From contig JBDTCS010000135.1 of assembly GCA_039923455.1 (NCBI GenBank), positions 13,492-77,491 of the forward strand: a stretch of 64,000 nt of DNA, read 5' to 3'. Source of the stretch: Candidatus Kapaibacterium sp. (lineage in GTDB: Bacteria > Bacteroidota > Ignavibacteria > Palsa-1295). Each line of letters begins with the position of its first letter. The first letter of the stretch is position 1. Shown one piece after another: positions 48,865-58,298 of the stretch. The notes beneath the pieces are model-generated. The model was not told the origin of the DNA. It saw nothing but the letters and a program-made list of their open reading frames with translations, and did not search any database. Both the position numbers and the translations under genes were made by a program.

Positions 48865-51575
48865 CTTGGCTCCTCTTTCTCTTCGACCGCTTTCTTTTTG
48901 CGCCCACCAACAGCGCCTCCGATACCAACGATGATGCCGGCGATTGCGAGGATGTTCGCGATCAGAGAGATCGTCCGACCTTGTGCGTATCGTGCGTCAT
49001 AATAAGTTAGCTTGATCGTGTGCTCACCAGCCGGGACCTTCATCGCACGGAACGTATGATCAGCCTTGTAAATCGTTAGTGGCTTACCATCAAGCGTGGC
49101 CGTCCAATCGGGATACCAATTGTCGGACATGAATACGAGTCGATCACCTTGTGTGTTGGTCTTGATCTCGACCGATTCATTCTTGTATGAAGTAACATCA
49201 GCGTGCTCCTTCGCCTGATCGATCTGATTCGTATCGACCACACCGAGACCTTCCGGCTCCTTATCGAAATAGAGAACATCACGTGGATCGAACACGCCAT
49301 CATGCATTGCGTGAAGTTGATCGATAGGGGCTTTCACCTCATAATGCCTTACGAGAAATACTCGCGGTAGTGCCTGCGGATTCTGCCATACAACTGTTGG
49401 CTGCGCTTTCTGCTGACCCTCTTGTGCTTGGGTTTGCTCTTTCGAAATATAGACCGGCGTGAACCGAGCTTGATCTTCGGTGATCGCGCCGTTCGCGATG
49501 ATATACTTCGTGTTCAACATATTCCACATAAATGGATTGTTGATCACATTGCCGTTCGCGTTGCCCGTGATATCGACGACATCCTGATAGGAACGCATCT
49601 TTGCAGCATGATAACCGGCAATAGTCTGCATGCCAAATGCGGCGATCGAGTTACTAACGGCGTTGTTCAGATCAAGGACGCGATAGAGGCCTTTATCTTG
49701 TTTGATAAAATCCACGTAATCATGATTGGCAAAGTGTTCGTCGTATTCAGCCTTGGTTGTGATCTCGAGCGGACGCGTATCGACGCGCCAAAGATCAAAA
49801 GCAGAAAGTACAAAAATCCCAACTCCGAGTATGAACGGCGAGACTTTCATTCTGCGCAAGAACATGAAGATGAGTCCCGAGGCAACAATCAGGAGTAACA
49901 TTCCAATCACTGCATCATTCATTGCAACCGACGCAACGTATTCCTGAAGCGATACAATGGTAGACACATACGACTTTCCACTCTTGGCCATATCTGCCTT
50001 CATGCTGCTCTCGAATGCACTCCGACCGATGAGAAATACGATGAGCAGTGCACCACCGGCGTACATAGCATACTGAAAATATTTGGCGACTCTCGATTCT
50101 TCTTGTCGATCGTTCGCCTTCCAAATCTTGAGCAGATACTCCAGCATGAGCCCCGCCAAGATTGGAAAGCAAAGTTGCATCAGGACGAGCGCCATACTTG
50201 GTGCTCGAAATTTATTGAAGACCGGGAAATTATGAAACATCGGTCCGAAGACGACCGGAAACGTCCCGCCAAAAGAAAGCAAAATTGCAAAGACACTGAT
50301 GATCGCAAGGGGCCCAACGATTCTATCCTTTTTCCACAAGACGAAAATTCCGACGACCGCGAGCAGCAATACAATAATGCCTGTATAATTTGCTGTGTCG
50401 GTAAACGGCATTTGTCCCCAATAGGTCGGCAGGCGAACGTTGTCCGGGACATTGAGATCACCACCCGAGTATGGCATCTTGCCATAACCAAACCAACCCG
50501 GTACAATGAAGGTGATCATTTCACCTGGTGAGAACGACCACTGTGTTGCATAATCCCAATCAAGTCCACCAGATTTATCGACACCTGCAGTGCTCGAAGC
50601 TTTCTTCGGAGCGTCTCCACTGTTATCTGCTATTGGTGCTGAACCACGAATGGAAAACGGCTCATAGCCGAGTGTGGACATATAGCGATCGGCAGACATC
50701 GCAAATGCAAACCCTACCATCAAGAGCGAAAGCACGCCTGCACGCAAGATTGGCACAATGCTTTCTTTGCGAATCAGATCATTGATCACTCCATAGATAA
50801 AATAGATCAGGATCGCAAGAAAAATATAGAACGCCATCTGCATGTGCGTGGACTCAAGCAGAAAATGGAACGACGTGCCGAGCAACGCACACCAAAAAAC
50901 GACCATCTGCCACTTCATCCCCTTGCGCCGAAGCATCTCGACGCCCATGAAGATATAAGGCATCGTCATAATGGCAAACACTTTTGTGTTGTGACCGATC
51001 ATAACATACGTGATGATCCACGCCGAGAACATCGCGCTAAAAGCAGTAAAGAGTGCAGCAAGCCGAGTGGTGTTCCTCGTTACTCGCATGAAAAGGAACA
51101 TGCCGAGGCCGAGAATAAAGTAATGCCAGACATTCGTCATGCCGTCCGTGTTGCCGAAAAGTGCAACGGGTACGGATTGGACGAGATCGAATATCTCGTG
51201 CACGACGTCGTTCGTTCGATTGCCGGTGACGACAAGTGCCGCGAAGGCCGGCATACCGCTAAAAATATTGGGAATCCATTGCGGCACATCAACGCCAGCT
51301 TTTTGCGATGCCTCGGTAAAAGGCTTGAAGCTTTCGCTCGCGACATTATCACCCGCGTTGAATGTGTGGTCTTTGTCGAGCGCCTTCATAAAAAAGAAGA
51401 CGAGCGAGAGAAAAATTATCACCACCGAAACCAGATCTCGCCAACGCTCCGGAAGCATCCGATCGATAGGATCTGCCGAGGGCGCAGTGCGCATTTCGTG
51501 CAAGCTTTTGCTCGCACTCTTTCGGGTTTGTGCGGGCTGGTTGCCTTTTGTCGGTCTCGTGCGATCAGATGCCAT
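48843..51575 (-). CDS. YfhO-family polytopic membrane protein (putative envelope glycosyltransferase)
   Basis: 910 aa; many TM helices over the first ~500 aa, then a large extracytoplasmic domain and a final TM (..LIANILAIAGIIVGIGG..). This architecture is typical of YfhO. Confidence 0.65.
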   Translation of the reverse strand: MASDRTRPTKGNQPAQTRKSASKSLHEMRTAPSADPIDRMLPERWRDLVSVVIIFLSLVFFFMKALDKDHTFNAGDNVASESFKPFTEASQKAGVDVPQWIPNIFSGMPAFAALVVTGNRTNDVVHEIFDLVQSVPVALFGNTDGMTNVWHYFILGLGMFLFMRVTRNTTRLAALFTAFSAMFSAWIITYVMIGHNTKVFAIMTMPYIFMGVEMLRRKGMKWQMVVFWCALLGTSFHFLLESTHMQMAFYIFLAILIYFIYGVINDLIRKESIVPILRAGVLSLLMVGFAFAMSADRYMSTLGYEPFSIRGSAPIADNSGDAPKKASSTAGVDKSGGLDWDYATQWSFSPGEMITFIVPGWFGYGKMPYSGGDLNVPDNVRLPTYWGQMPFTDTANYTGIIVLLLAVVGIFVLWKKDRIVGPLAIISVFAILLSFGGTFPVVFGPMFHNFPVFNKFRAPSMALVLMQLCFPILAGLMLEYLLKIWKANDRQEESRVAKYFQYAMYAGGALLIVFLIGRSAFESSMKADMAKSGKSYVSTIVSLQEYVASVAMNDAVIGMLLLIVASGLIFMFLRRMKVSPFILGVGIFVLSAFDLWRVDTRPLEITTKAEYDEHFANHDYVDFIKQDKGLYRVLDLNNAVSNSIAAFGMQTIAGYHAAKMRSYQDVVDITGNANGNVINNPFMWNMLNTKYIIANGAITEDQARFTPVYISKEQTQAQEGQQKAQPTVVWQNPQALPRVFLVRHYEVKAPIDQLHAMHDGVFDPRDVLYFDKEPEGLGVVDTNQIDQAKEHADVTSYKNESVEIKTNTQGDRLVFMSDNWYPDWTATLDGKPLTIYKADHTFRAMKVPAGEHTIKLTYYDARYAQGRTISLIANILAIAGIIVGIGGAVGGRKKKAVEEKEEPSEETPEA

Positions 51576-51758
51576 GCGTTTTTCGAGTTCGGTGCCAGTA
51601 AAAGAAAGTCAATACCTGAAGGATCCAATGGAATTTTGCCGGAGCGGCGAGTCAGCCGCAAACCTGAAAGGAATGCAACTTATCGCGGGTGAAAATAGTG
51701 CGTAACGAGGTCGAGTACGATGATTTTGTTGAGAACTGGCGAGCCCTCGGATGCACCA

Positions 51759-53363
51759 CTAAGCGACCCTGCGGGTAGAAGTTTTTGATGATCCGAACCC
51801 CTTATTTTTGCCATAGAGGCTGCTGTTCTTATCCTCGTAGCGTTCTAATTTTTCCAGCACACGGAGCCAAAGCCAATCAAACGGAAGTATTTGTATCGCC
51901 TCGAAGATCTCGTTGTAGTCAGGTGTGGAGGTCTGCAATTGACTGAAGTATTTTTCGCCTTTGATCTTGGTCGCGGTGTAGGAAAACGAGGTGCTCTCCA
52001 TAATCAGAAGCAACTTAAAGAAGAACGCACTCTGCCTATTCGAATGCATCTGAAGATAGCGCGACCGATAGGTCCGGAGTGCTTGCATACGGTTAATGAC
52101 GCCCGTGAAGTCATCATTCTCGAGCAAGTACAATATGTGCATCAGCAACACAGCGATGTTGAATCCCCGTTTATCTTTTGCATAGGTGGGCACGAGCCGA
52201 AGAAATTTTCGCTTGTCGAATTGCGGCGGAGTCTCGGGCGTCTCCGCTTCCGACCGCAGATTTTTCAGATTCTCCAGATGCAATCCGTACCGAAGGTAAA
52301 GCTCAAAGATGCGCCACTTCTCCTTACGTTGCTCCTGTTGCAGATCGAAACGGGGATACTTGCTGACGGTCTCAAATATCTCCTCGGCCTCCTGGAAATG
52401 CTCCGTCTGCAAGGCGAGAAGGAAATAATACTCCATATAGAGAAACCAGTTGGTGTCGCCGGTTGGGAAGCGCTCAGCGCACTCAGCAACGGCGAGCTTA
52501 CCCCGATCGTAATCTCGCAAGTGAAGATGGCATACCAATCGTTTTAATGCAAACTCACCCAATCTGGCCTTAGAAAAAAGATGAATCCGTGAGCGAATGT
52601 AGGATTCCGCTTCTTCGCAGATTTGGATTGTCTCCTCGAATCGCTGGACAATCTGAAATGAGAGTGCGCGTAGCCTAAAGTATTGGAGGGATATCTCGTA
52701 GGTATCATACTCCTTTCGGATTTTTTCCAACTCGTCACTGTACGACGCTGCTAACTCTGCGACTTCCGGTTGTTCGGCGCCGGTTGCAGCAAATTTGATG
52801 GTGACGCGTCGAAAATACCCAAGGGCTTTTGTCTCGGCGATCAGCGTACCGATAGAATGCTCAATTTCCTCGCTAACTCGCTCAAAGGCCCTTGAGTCAC
52901 CGGTTAATGAATGGTGTTCGCTAAGTTGAAGTTGGAGGGATAGTGCGATGCTCGTGAGCTCAAATTTCTTCGCGAGTGTGAGCGTTTCGTTTGCGATTTT
53001 GATTGCTGCGCTTCGTGCCCCAAGTCGCAAGAGCATGGTTGACCAAAATAGTCCCTTCTGGCATTCGAGCAATACTCTTGTACTTTCTGAATATTCAGGC
53101 TCGCGCATTTTGAGCAGCAGAAGCGCGTGAAGCAACCGGCGCCGAAGCCGGTGTTTGAGGACCGAAAGTTTGAGACCGCCATGCTCTACTCCGAAAATCT
53201 CACGAGCGGCATCACTATCTTCATGGAAGGCACCATTTTTAATCCCTTGGAATAGTAGCTCAACCTGACTGGTTGGGTTTTGTGACCTATTCGGATAAAA
53301 AACTTCCTCGAATTGAGGAGGAGAGCCTGTAAATATATACCCGATTTCGCGCAATAATTTCAT
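51759..53363 (-). CDS. Hypothetical all-alpha (TPR-like) cytoplasmic protein, 534 aa
   Basis: Long ORF with host-like codon usage and predicted helical repeats. No signal peptide and no recognisable catalytic motifs. Confidence 0.5.
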   Translation of the reverse strand: MKLLREIGYIFTGSPPQFEEVFYPNRSQNPTSQVELLFQGIKNGAFHEDSDAAREIFGVEHGGLKLSVLKHRLRRRLLHALLLLKMREPEYSESTRVLLECQKGLFWSTMLLRLGARSAAIKIANETLTLAKKFELTSIALSLQLQLSEHHSLTGDSRAFERVSEEIEHSIGTLIAETKALGYFRRVTIKFAATGAEQPEVAELAASYSDELEKIRKEYDTYEISLQYFRLRALSFQIVQRFEETIQICEEAESYIRSRIHLFSKARLGEFALKRLVCHLHLRDYDRGKLAVAECAERFPTGDTNWFLYMEYYFLLALQTEHFQEAEEIFETVSKYPRFDLQQEQRKEKWRIFELYLRYGLHLENLKNLRSEAETPETPPQFDKRKFLRLVPTYAKDKRGFNIAVLLMHILYLLENDDFTGVINRMQALRTYRSRYLQMHSNRQSAFFFKLLLIMESTSFSYTATKIKGEKYFSQLQTSTPDYNEIFEAIQILPFDWLWLRVLEKLERYEDKNSSLYGKNKGFGSSKTSTRRVA

Positions 53364-53588
53364 CTTTCCAAATCGATAAAATATGCTGAATATTGGCTGG
53401 TTTCAATGTTCTATTCCAAAAGAAAACAGCTGCGAGAATTTGGCCTTTCATCAATAACGGCCAAATTAGCACGATTTATATGTAAATAAATCGTAAATTA
53501 GTTCATTTTTTTGAGGCATTTATGATGCAAATTTGTATTACGAAGTTCGCAGTTATAACTTAGACAACGAAAATTAGGAGAGAGTGAC

Positions 53589-53798
53589 ATGATTACGGTG
53601 TATGCAATTTTGCTATATCTACATATGATTTTTTCAGGCACGTCATACACGCAAGCTACGATGAACACAATCATCGCTGCGAACCAGCCTTCTATTACGG
53701 CGATCCAGCAGGACTCCGTCCTCTTGGATCAAGTTATGACCCAGTATGGTGACATTGCGAGGGGGGTCGAAGTCATCGATCCGAGCGAAGGCAAATAG
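53589..53798 (+). CDS. Possible small protein (69 aa)
   Basis: An AT-rich promoter-like tract precedes it, and a purine-rich aggagagagtgac lies 1-13 nt upstream of the ATG. No homolog recognised. Confidence 0.25.
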   Translation: MITVYAILLYLHMIFSGTSYTQATMNTIIAANQPSITAIQQDSVLLDQVMTQYGDIARGVEVIDPSEGK

Positions 53799-54035
53799 CC
53801 TAAAGTTTGGAAGTCCGCATTTGGGTGCGAACCCGACCGAGGACTTCAGTGGTATAGAGTTCAATCCACTTAATCTGAAATAGGTCTGAGTCTTCTTGAC
53901 GTTCGGGAGTAGATGTAGCGGAAGCTGCGCTGCTCCCCCAAGCTGGGAGGGGTCAAACTTATAACTGCAACACTCGTCCTTTGGGTATGGGAGAAACATC
54001 TTTTACCTTCTCCGTACCCGAAGGAGTTTTTTTGA
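53799..54035 (+). ncRNA. Candidate structured ncRNA / leader (uncharacterised)
   Basis: Nested helices: gaagtcc..ggacttc (7 bp) enclosing gggt-GCGA-accc; ctccc-ccaagct-gggag (5 bp). A terminal hairpin ccttc..gaagg followed by T7 ends at 54033. No convincing ORF. Confidence 0.2.
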
Positions 54036-54256
54036 AGAGAAATTTTGGTGTAAATGTTTGCCCGTAATTTCCTTCGCCCGAAGCGCCCCAAATTAATCGA
54101 ATTAATATACCAATTCAATCGAATTGATGTACCCACAAGGTGATCAACGACTTGTGATCCATTAGATTACTCTTCTTTTTGTATCGAATTTTGCTCGGGA
54201 CTTTGTCGCCGATCTGCACGTTCTACCTTCTCGCTTCACAGAAGTCTTCGATTTTG

Positions 54257-55804
54257 CACATGACAAACTTCACACCTCGCGAGCGCAAATACGTTTGGTG
54301 GTTAGCCGGATTTACATTTGCTTCCCGCGTGGTGCTCGGGTTGCGAGGTGAGGTCAATCAGGCAAGCCGGTTATTGCTCGATGATTCGTATTACCTTTTT
54401 AGTTGCGCACGCCACCTTGCGCTCGGTCATGGAATAACCGCCGACGGTATCCATCCGACCAATGGGATTCAACCACTCCTTGTCTTTCTCGAAGTGCCGT
54501 TCTTTTGGATTGCGGGCAACGACAGATGGCTCGGTGTTCAACTCAGCTTTATTCTCTTCGCATTGTTTAGCTCGGCATCTGTCGTGATCGCTGCGCGGGT
54601 GATGTCACACCTGCGAATTCAGAATGATGCGGCCCGAGAGGTCGCTCCAATGCAGAATCCCGTCATCCTTTGCGCCGGCTTATGGGCTATCAGCTTTCCG
54701 CTCTTTGCACTCATGATGAATGGGCTTGAGACCAGTCTCTACTCGCTGCTCATCTTGCTTGCGATCGATCAATATATCGTAATCGAAGCTTCCGCACAAA
54801 GATCCTGGATGCAGTTCGCTCGGTTTGGCGGGCTGCTCGGTCTGTTGATACTCGCTCGCATTGACGCACTTTTTTTCTTGCTCGCGATAGCAGTGTTCGA
54901 ACTGGTAAGATTTCGTGCGGCGTCGATTCCAAGAATTGCTGTGCTCGGAGTGACAGCGCTTCTCGTGAGTGCTCCGTGGTGGATCTATAATTATCTTGGC
55001 TTCGGAAGCTTCCTGCCGATTAGCGGACAAGCAGAATCGATTGGTGCGGTCGATCTGGGAAGGAATCTTGTGGTCGCCTTAACCAGATTCGCAAATATTT
55101 CCGTTGCCGCTTTCGCGCTCCCATATAATCAACTCGCGAGCTACCTGCAGATCCTACTTTCGCTCGCGATTCTGACAGCAGTCGTGTTTGTGATCCGTCG
55201 CTACAGATTGCACTCCGGCCTGCGCAAAGGTTATCGTCTTGATGCACTCGCTCCGTTCGCTGTTGCAGGTGGGATCCTCGCGATCATTTACGTCGCCCAA
55301 TTTCACGCACCATATTTTTTGGATCGCTACTTTCAGCCGATACGAATTGTTTGGTTCTTTATAGCCGCTGTCCTTATTGCAAAGGTATCATGGCAACCTA
55401 CGTCGAAGCTTGCGCGATATGGTGCTCTAGTATATATGATTGCGGCCACAATTTTTTTCGCGATATTTTACTCGCTGAATTTTACTGCTCCACACGTAAG
55501 CGATCTCTACCGAACCGCACTTTGGGCAAAGCAACATCCGAACGTGATAGTCGGAATGGAGCAGTCGGGTGTCGCAGGATTCACCGCGGACAATGTCTGG
55601 AATCTGGATGGAAAAATGAATCCTGACGCGATGCGAGCGATCAAGGCCGGCACGATCGCAGCCTATATTAACAGCCAGAAATTTTCGTACCTCGCCGATT
55701 GGGATTCGATCGTACAAGAACTCCTCGTGCATGCGAACGCCGTGCACCAATACAAGTTGATTGACAGCATCGATCGAGTGCAGATCTATCAGCGTATCGA
55801 GTAA
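54257..55804 (+). CDS. GT-C-fold membrane glycosyltransferase-like protein (GT39/ArnT/PMT-like)
   Basis: ~12 TM helices with extracytoplasmic loops, an N-terminal region resembling PMT/ArnT family (..DDSYYLFSCARHLALGHG..) and a C-terminal soluble domain. Internal Met at 54257 chosen; the ORF is open from 54179. Confidence 0.45.
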   Translation, partial: HMTNFTPRERKYVWWLAGFTFASRVVLGLRGEVNQASRLLLDDSYYLFSCARHLALGHGITADGIHPTNGIQPLLVFLEVPFFWIAGNDRWLGVQLSFILFALFSSASVVIAARVMSHLRIQNDAAREVAPMQNPVILCAGLWAISFPLFALMMNGLETSLYSLLILLAIDQYIVIEASAQRSWMQFARFGGLLGLLILARIDALFFLLAIAVFELVRFRAASIPRIAVLGVTALLVSAPWWIYNYLGFGSFLPISGQAESIGAVDLGRNLVVALTRFANISVAAFALPYNQLASYLQILLSLAILTAVVFVIRRYRLHSGLRKGYRLDALAPFAVAGGILAIIYVAQFHAPYFLDRYFQPIRIVWFFIAAVLIAKVSWQPTSKLARYGALVYMIAATIFFAIFYSLNFTAPHVSDLYRTALWAKQHPNVIVGMEQSGVAGFTADNVWNLDGKMNPDAMRAIKAGTIAAYINSQKFSYLADWDSIVQELLVHANAVHQYKLIDSIDRVQIYQRIE

Positions 55805-55958
55805 ACCACACGAGCTCCCGCTGCTTGCTGGCGTCGTTTGGTTTTATCGCAGGATGGTTAGATGCTGCTCGTCCAAATCCAGTATAGAGGACGCCTGCGC
55901 GTTATGCGCTCGCAGAAGTTTCAGCATATATTTGCTCTCTGATCAAAGTATAGAATCT

Positions 55959-56384
55959 ATGGCTGAATTAAAAACGAAGGCAACAGCCGCGAGTGTCGCG
56001 AAATTCTTAAAGACGCTTGCTGATGCGCAAGTTCGCGAGGACTGTAATACCATCATCCAAATGATGAGTAAAGCCACAAGAGCCGAAGCGAAAATGTGGG
56101 GCAGTGCGATCATAGGCTTCGGAGATTATCATTATATCTACGAAAGCGGTAGAGAACTCGACTGGTTCGTCATTGGCTTCTCGCCGCGGAAGCAAAATAT
56201 TACCCTCTACCTCACAACGGCGGGATCGGAGAAGCACGAAGCGTTGCTCGAGAAGCTTGGCAAACACAAGACCACCAAGGGATGTCTATATATTAAGAAG
56301 CTTTCGGACGTCGATGAAAGCATCCTCAAAAAAATGATTGAGGCTACCGTTGCTGGAGTAGAAAAGAAAAAGAAGCAATCATAG
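55959..56384 (+). CDS. DUF1801 (YdhG-like) domain protein
   Basis: 141 aa from MAELKTKATAASVAKFLKTL..; resembles YdhG/DUF1801 family. The ATG at 55959 was chosen rather than the upstream in-frame extension. Confidence 0.55.
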   Translation: MAELKTKATAASVAKFLKTLADAQVREDCNTIIQMMSKATRAEAKMWGSAIIGFGDYHYIYESGRELDWFVIGFSPRKQNITLYLTTAGSEKHEALLEKLGKHKTTKGCLYIKKLSDVDESILKKMIEATVAGVEKKKKQS

Positions 56385-56471
56385 CACGTGCTATTCTATT
56401 GCTTCTTTCTTTAGTAAATACTATCACCTACAAACTTTCGCACTTTCGCTACTCGTCTACCGATAGCGGGT

Positions 56472-57575
56472 TTAGAAACCCCAATTCACGATTCCGTGGA
56501 ATCCATCGACAATGCGTACTTGCTGTTCGGTTGGCATGACAAACTCTGTGTGATGCAATCCACCGATAAGTTTTAACCTATCATTGATACGCAATCCGAT
56601 ACCAACGGTGCCAGAGATATAGCTGCGAAAATGGATCGTAGTCTCGAACTCTGAATAACCAAAAATACGAGCGTTCGAAGATTGGTACTTGAAGCGAACG
56701 AATGGCGCATTGACGAACGGTTCATCGCGGCTGTTGCCGATCTGATACCGTGCTGCGCCGAGCGTCATCATAAACATTCCATCACCGTTGATATCGGTGG
56801 TGAAGCCAGCGGCGTAGAGCAGGAGATGGTGCGCAACGTGCATCGCTTGTCCGGCGATACCAAAATTATTGCCATCGATGGTTGCAAAATTATTATACTC
56901 GATCGCGATTCTTCCATACTTCGCCATATCGTATGCATTCAGCGTCGGCAAATTCGGAGAAGCGAGTGACATCTCGACTTTGAGTCCGGCGAGATCACTG
57001 ATAAATCGTGGGAAAGATGGAATGCCGCCGTAGTACGGATTCGAAAGCAGTCCGCGCTGTCCTGCCAAACGCTCTGCGTATTGCGCACTGACCTCTCCAC
57101 GATCAATAGCCGAGATCAAGCGGTTCTGCTGCACATCAAGCGTTACACCGAGGAGTTCTTCACTCAAAACCGAAGAAAGCTTCAGCGTCGAAGCGTCACG
57201 AATCTCTTTTTGATTATCAATACTAACACCGACGGTGTATTCTTCTTTTGCGTTGACAATAAGCGGATTTGTGCTGCCGAGCAGAACATCGTAGCTGTTC
57301 GTGCGTACGTCTGCTCGGACGATCTCCTCATGCACGAGTGCACCATCTTTGCCATAGACGCGAATGCGAAACTCATGTTCGCCATCACGAACTTTGATCG
57401 TGCCGGGTAGCACACCATGAAAAAGCACTTTGCTCGCAAATCCCAACTGTGATGGTGTGGCACCGGTGAATGCGTTTGCAGTGGACGTAGCAAGAAGCAT
57501 AGCACAAAGCGCGCAAGCAGCGAGAATCAATTGTGTGCGCAGTTTCCCTTGAGACTGCATAGGAGTTTTAGTCAT
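56472..57575 (-). CDS. Outer-membrane beta-barrel hypothetical protein
   Basis: Signal peptide ..LILAACALCAMLLATSTANA; amphipathic beta strands; C-terminus ..GIVNWGF (terminal Phe typical of outer-membrane beta-barrels). The start is ambiguous between 57575 and 57647. Confidence 0.5.
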   Translation of the reverse strand: MTKTPMQSQGKLRTQLILAACALCAMLLATSTANAFTGATPSQLGFASKVLFHGVLPGTIKVRDGEHEFRIRVYGKDGALVHEEIVRADVRTNSYDVLLGSTNPLIVNAKEEYTVGVSIDNQKEIRDASTLKLSSVLSEELLGVTLDVQQNRLISAIDRGEVSAQYAERLAGQRGLLSNPYYGGIPSFPRFISDLAGLKVEMSLASPNLPTLNAYDMAKYGRIAIEYNNFATIDGNNFGIAGQAMHVAHHLLLYAAGFTTDINGDGMFMMTLGAARYQIGNSRDEPFVNAPFVRFKYQSSNARIFGYSEFETTIHFRSYISGTVGIGLRINDRLKLIGGLHHTEFVMPTEQQVRIVDGFHGIVNWGF

Positions 57576-57843
57576 GTTCAACGGGTCTCGTTTTGCGCTT
57601 CGGGAGTGTCTGAAAAAAGTTGAAATATTTTTAATCTTTTTTCTCACATTCTCCGAATCGCGGTCGTTTTCACGTGGAATAGGATTGCTTCTAATCCTGC
57701 CGAGGTGGGAATTCCAAGGCGCTATTCCACTAAGATATCTTCCTCTGGTTGTAACGAACGAATCGAATATTCGTAGCCCCTATTTAACTGCTCTACTCAA
57801 CCGAAAAGTCATCTAGAGCGATACTCGATCTGAATCTCGGAAC

Positions 57844-57867
57844 TACGATGTACAATTATACATCGTA
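57844..57867. promoter_or_regulatory. Perfect 9-bp inverted repeat with 6-bp spacer (tacgatgta-caatta-tacatcgta), candidate operator
   Basis: Exact palindrome read from the sequence. It lies in the 650-bp divergent intergenic region between the beta-barrel gene and lpdA. Confidence 0.3.
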
Positions 57868-58298
57868 AGACACAGTAAGTCAAGTCTTAAGTTACAGCTT
57901 TCCGGGCTCTAAATGTAAAAGTACAAAATAGGCAGTTGCAAAAGTGTCCAGCAATTTTGAGCGTTGTCCATTTTTGGGACGTTTCCTATTCGGCTGTCGT
58001 TATGCGCTTCAGCAGGGACTGCTTTGCGGTTTATTCACGCAACGTTTTTCGTAATCGTGCAGGAGTGCACTGAAGCCAACTTGCTCAAAAGAACCATCCC
58101 AAAGCACAACGGAATAACACTCGTAAATTTGCCTTCACTAAGATATACGAGAAGAATGACCCGAGGGTTTTTCGAGGAGAGTGTTCGAGTAGAGTGGTAG
58201 AGCGGGAAATTCTGAACCAAAGAGCCTTTGCGCCGAAGCTACTTAGTTAGATTAGAGATTACAGTGTATTAGGATTAGCTTTTTTATTATCAGAGATT

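Noticed and set aside
53830-53875. tRNA-like T-loop string (gagttcaatcca)
   Set aside because: Flanking bases cannot form a 5-bp T-stem or a 7-bp acceptor stem; no cloverleaf could be built.
53799-54060. Possible RNase P RNA / tmRNA
   Set aside because: Only a short ggaagtccg match to the P4 region; the other conserved RNase P blocks are absent or in the wrong order and the length is too short. No tmRNA tag reading frame or 3' tRNA-like end. The region is kept only as a generic ncRNA candidate.
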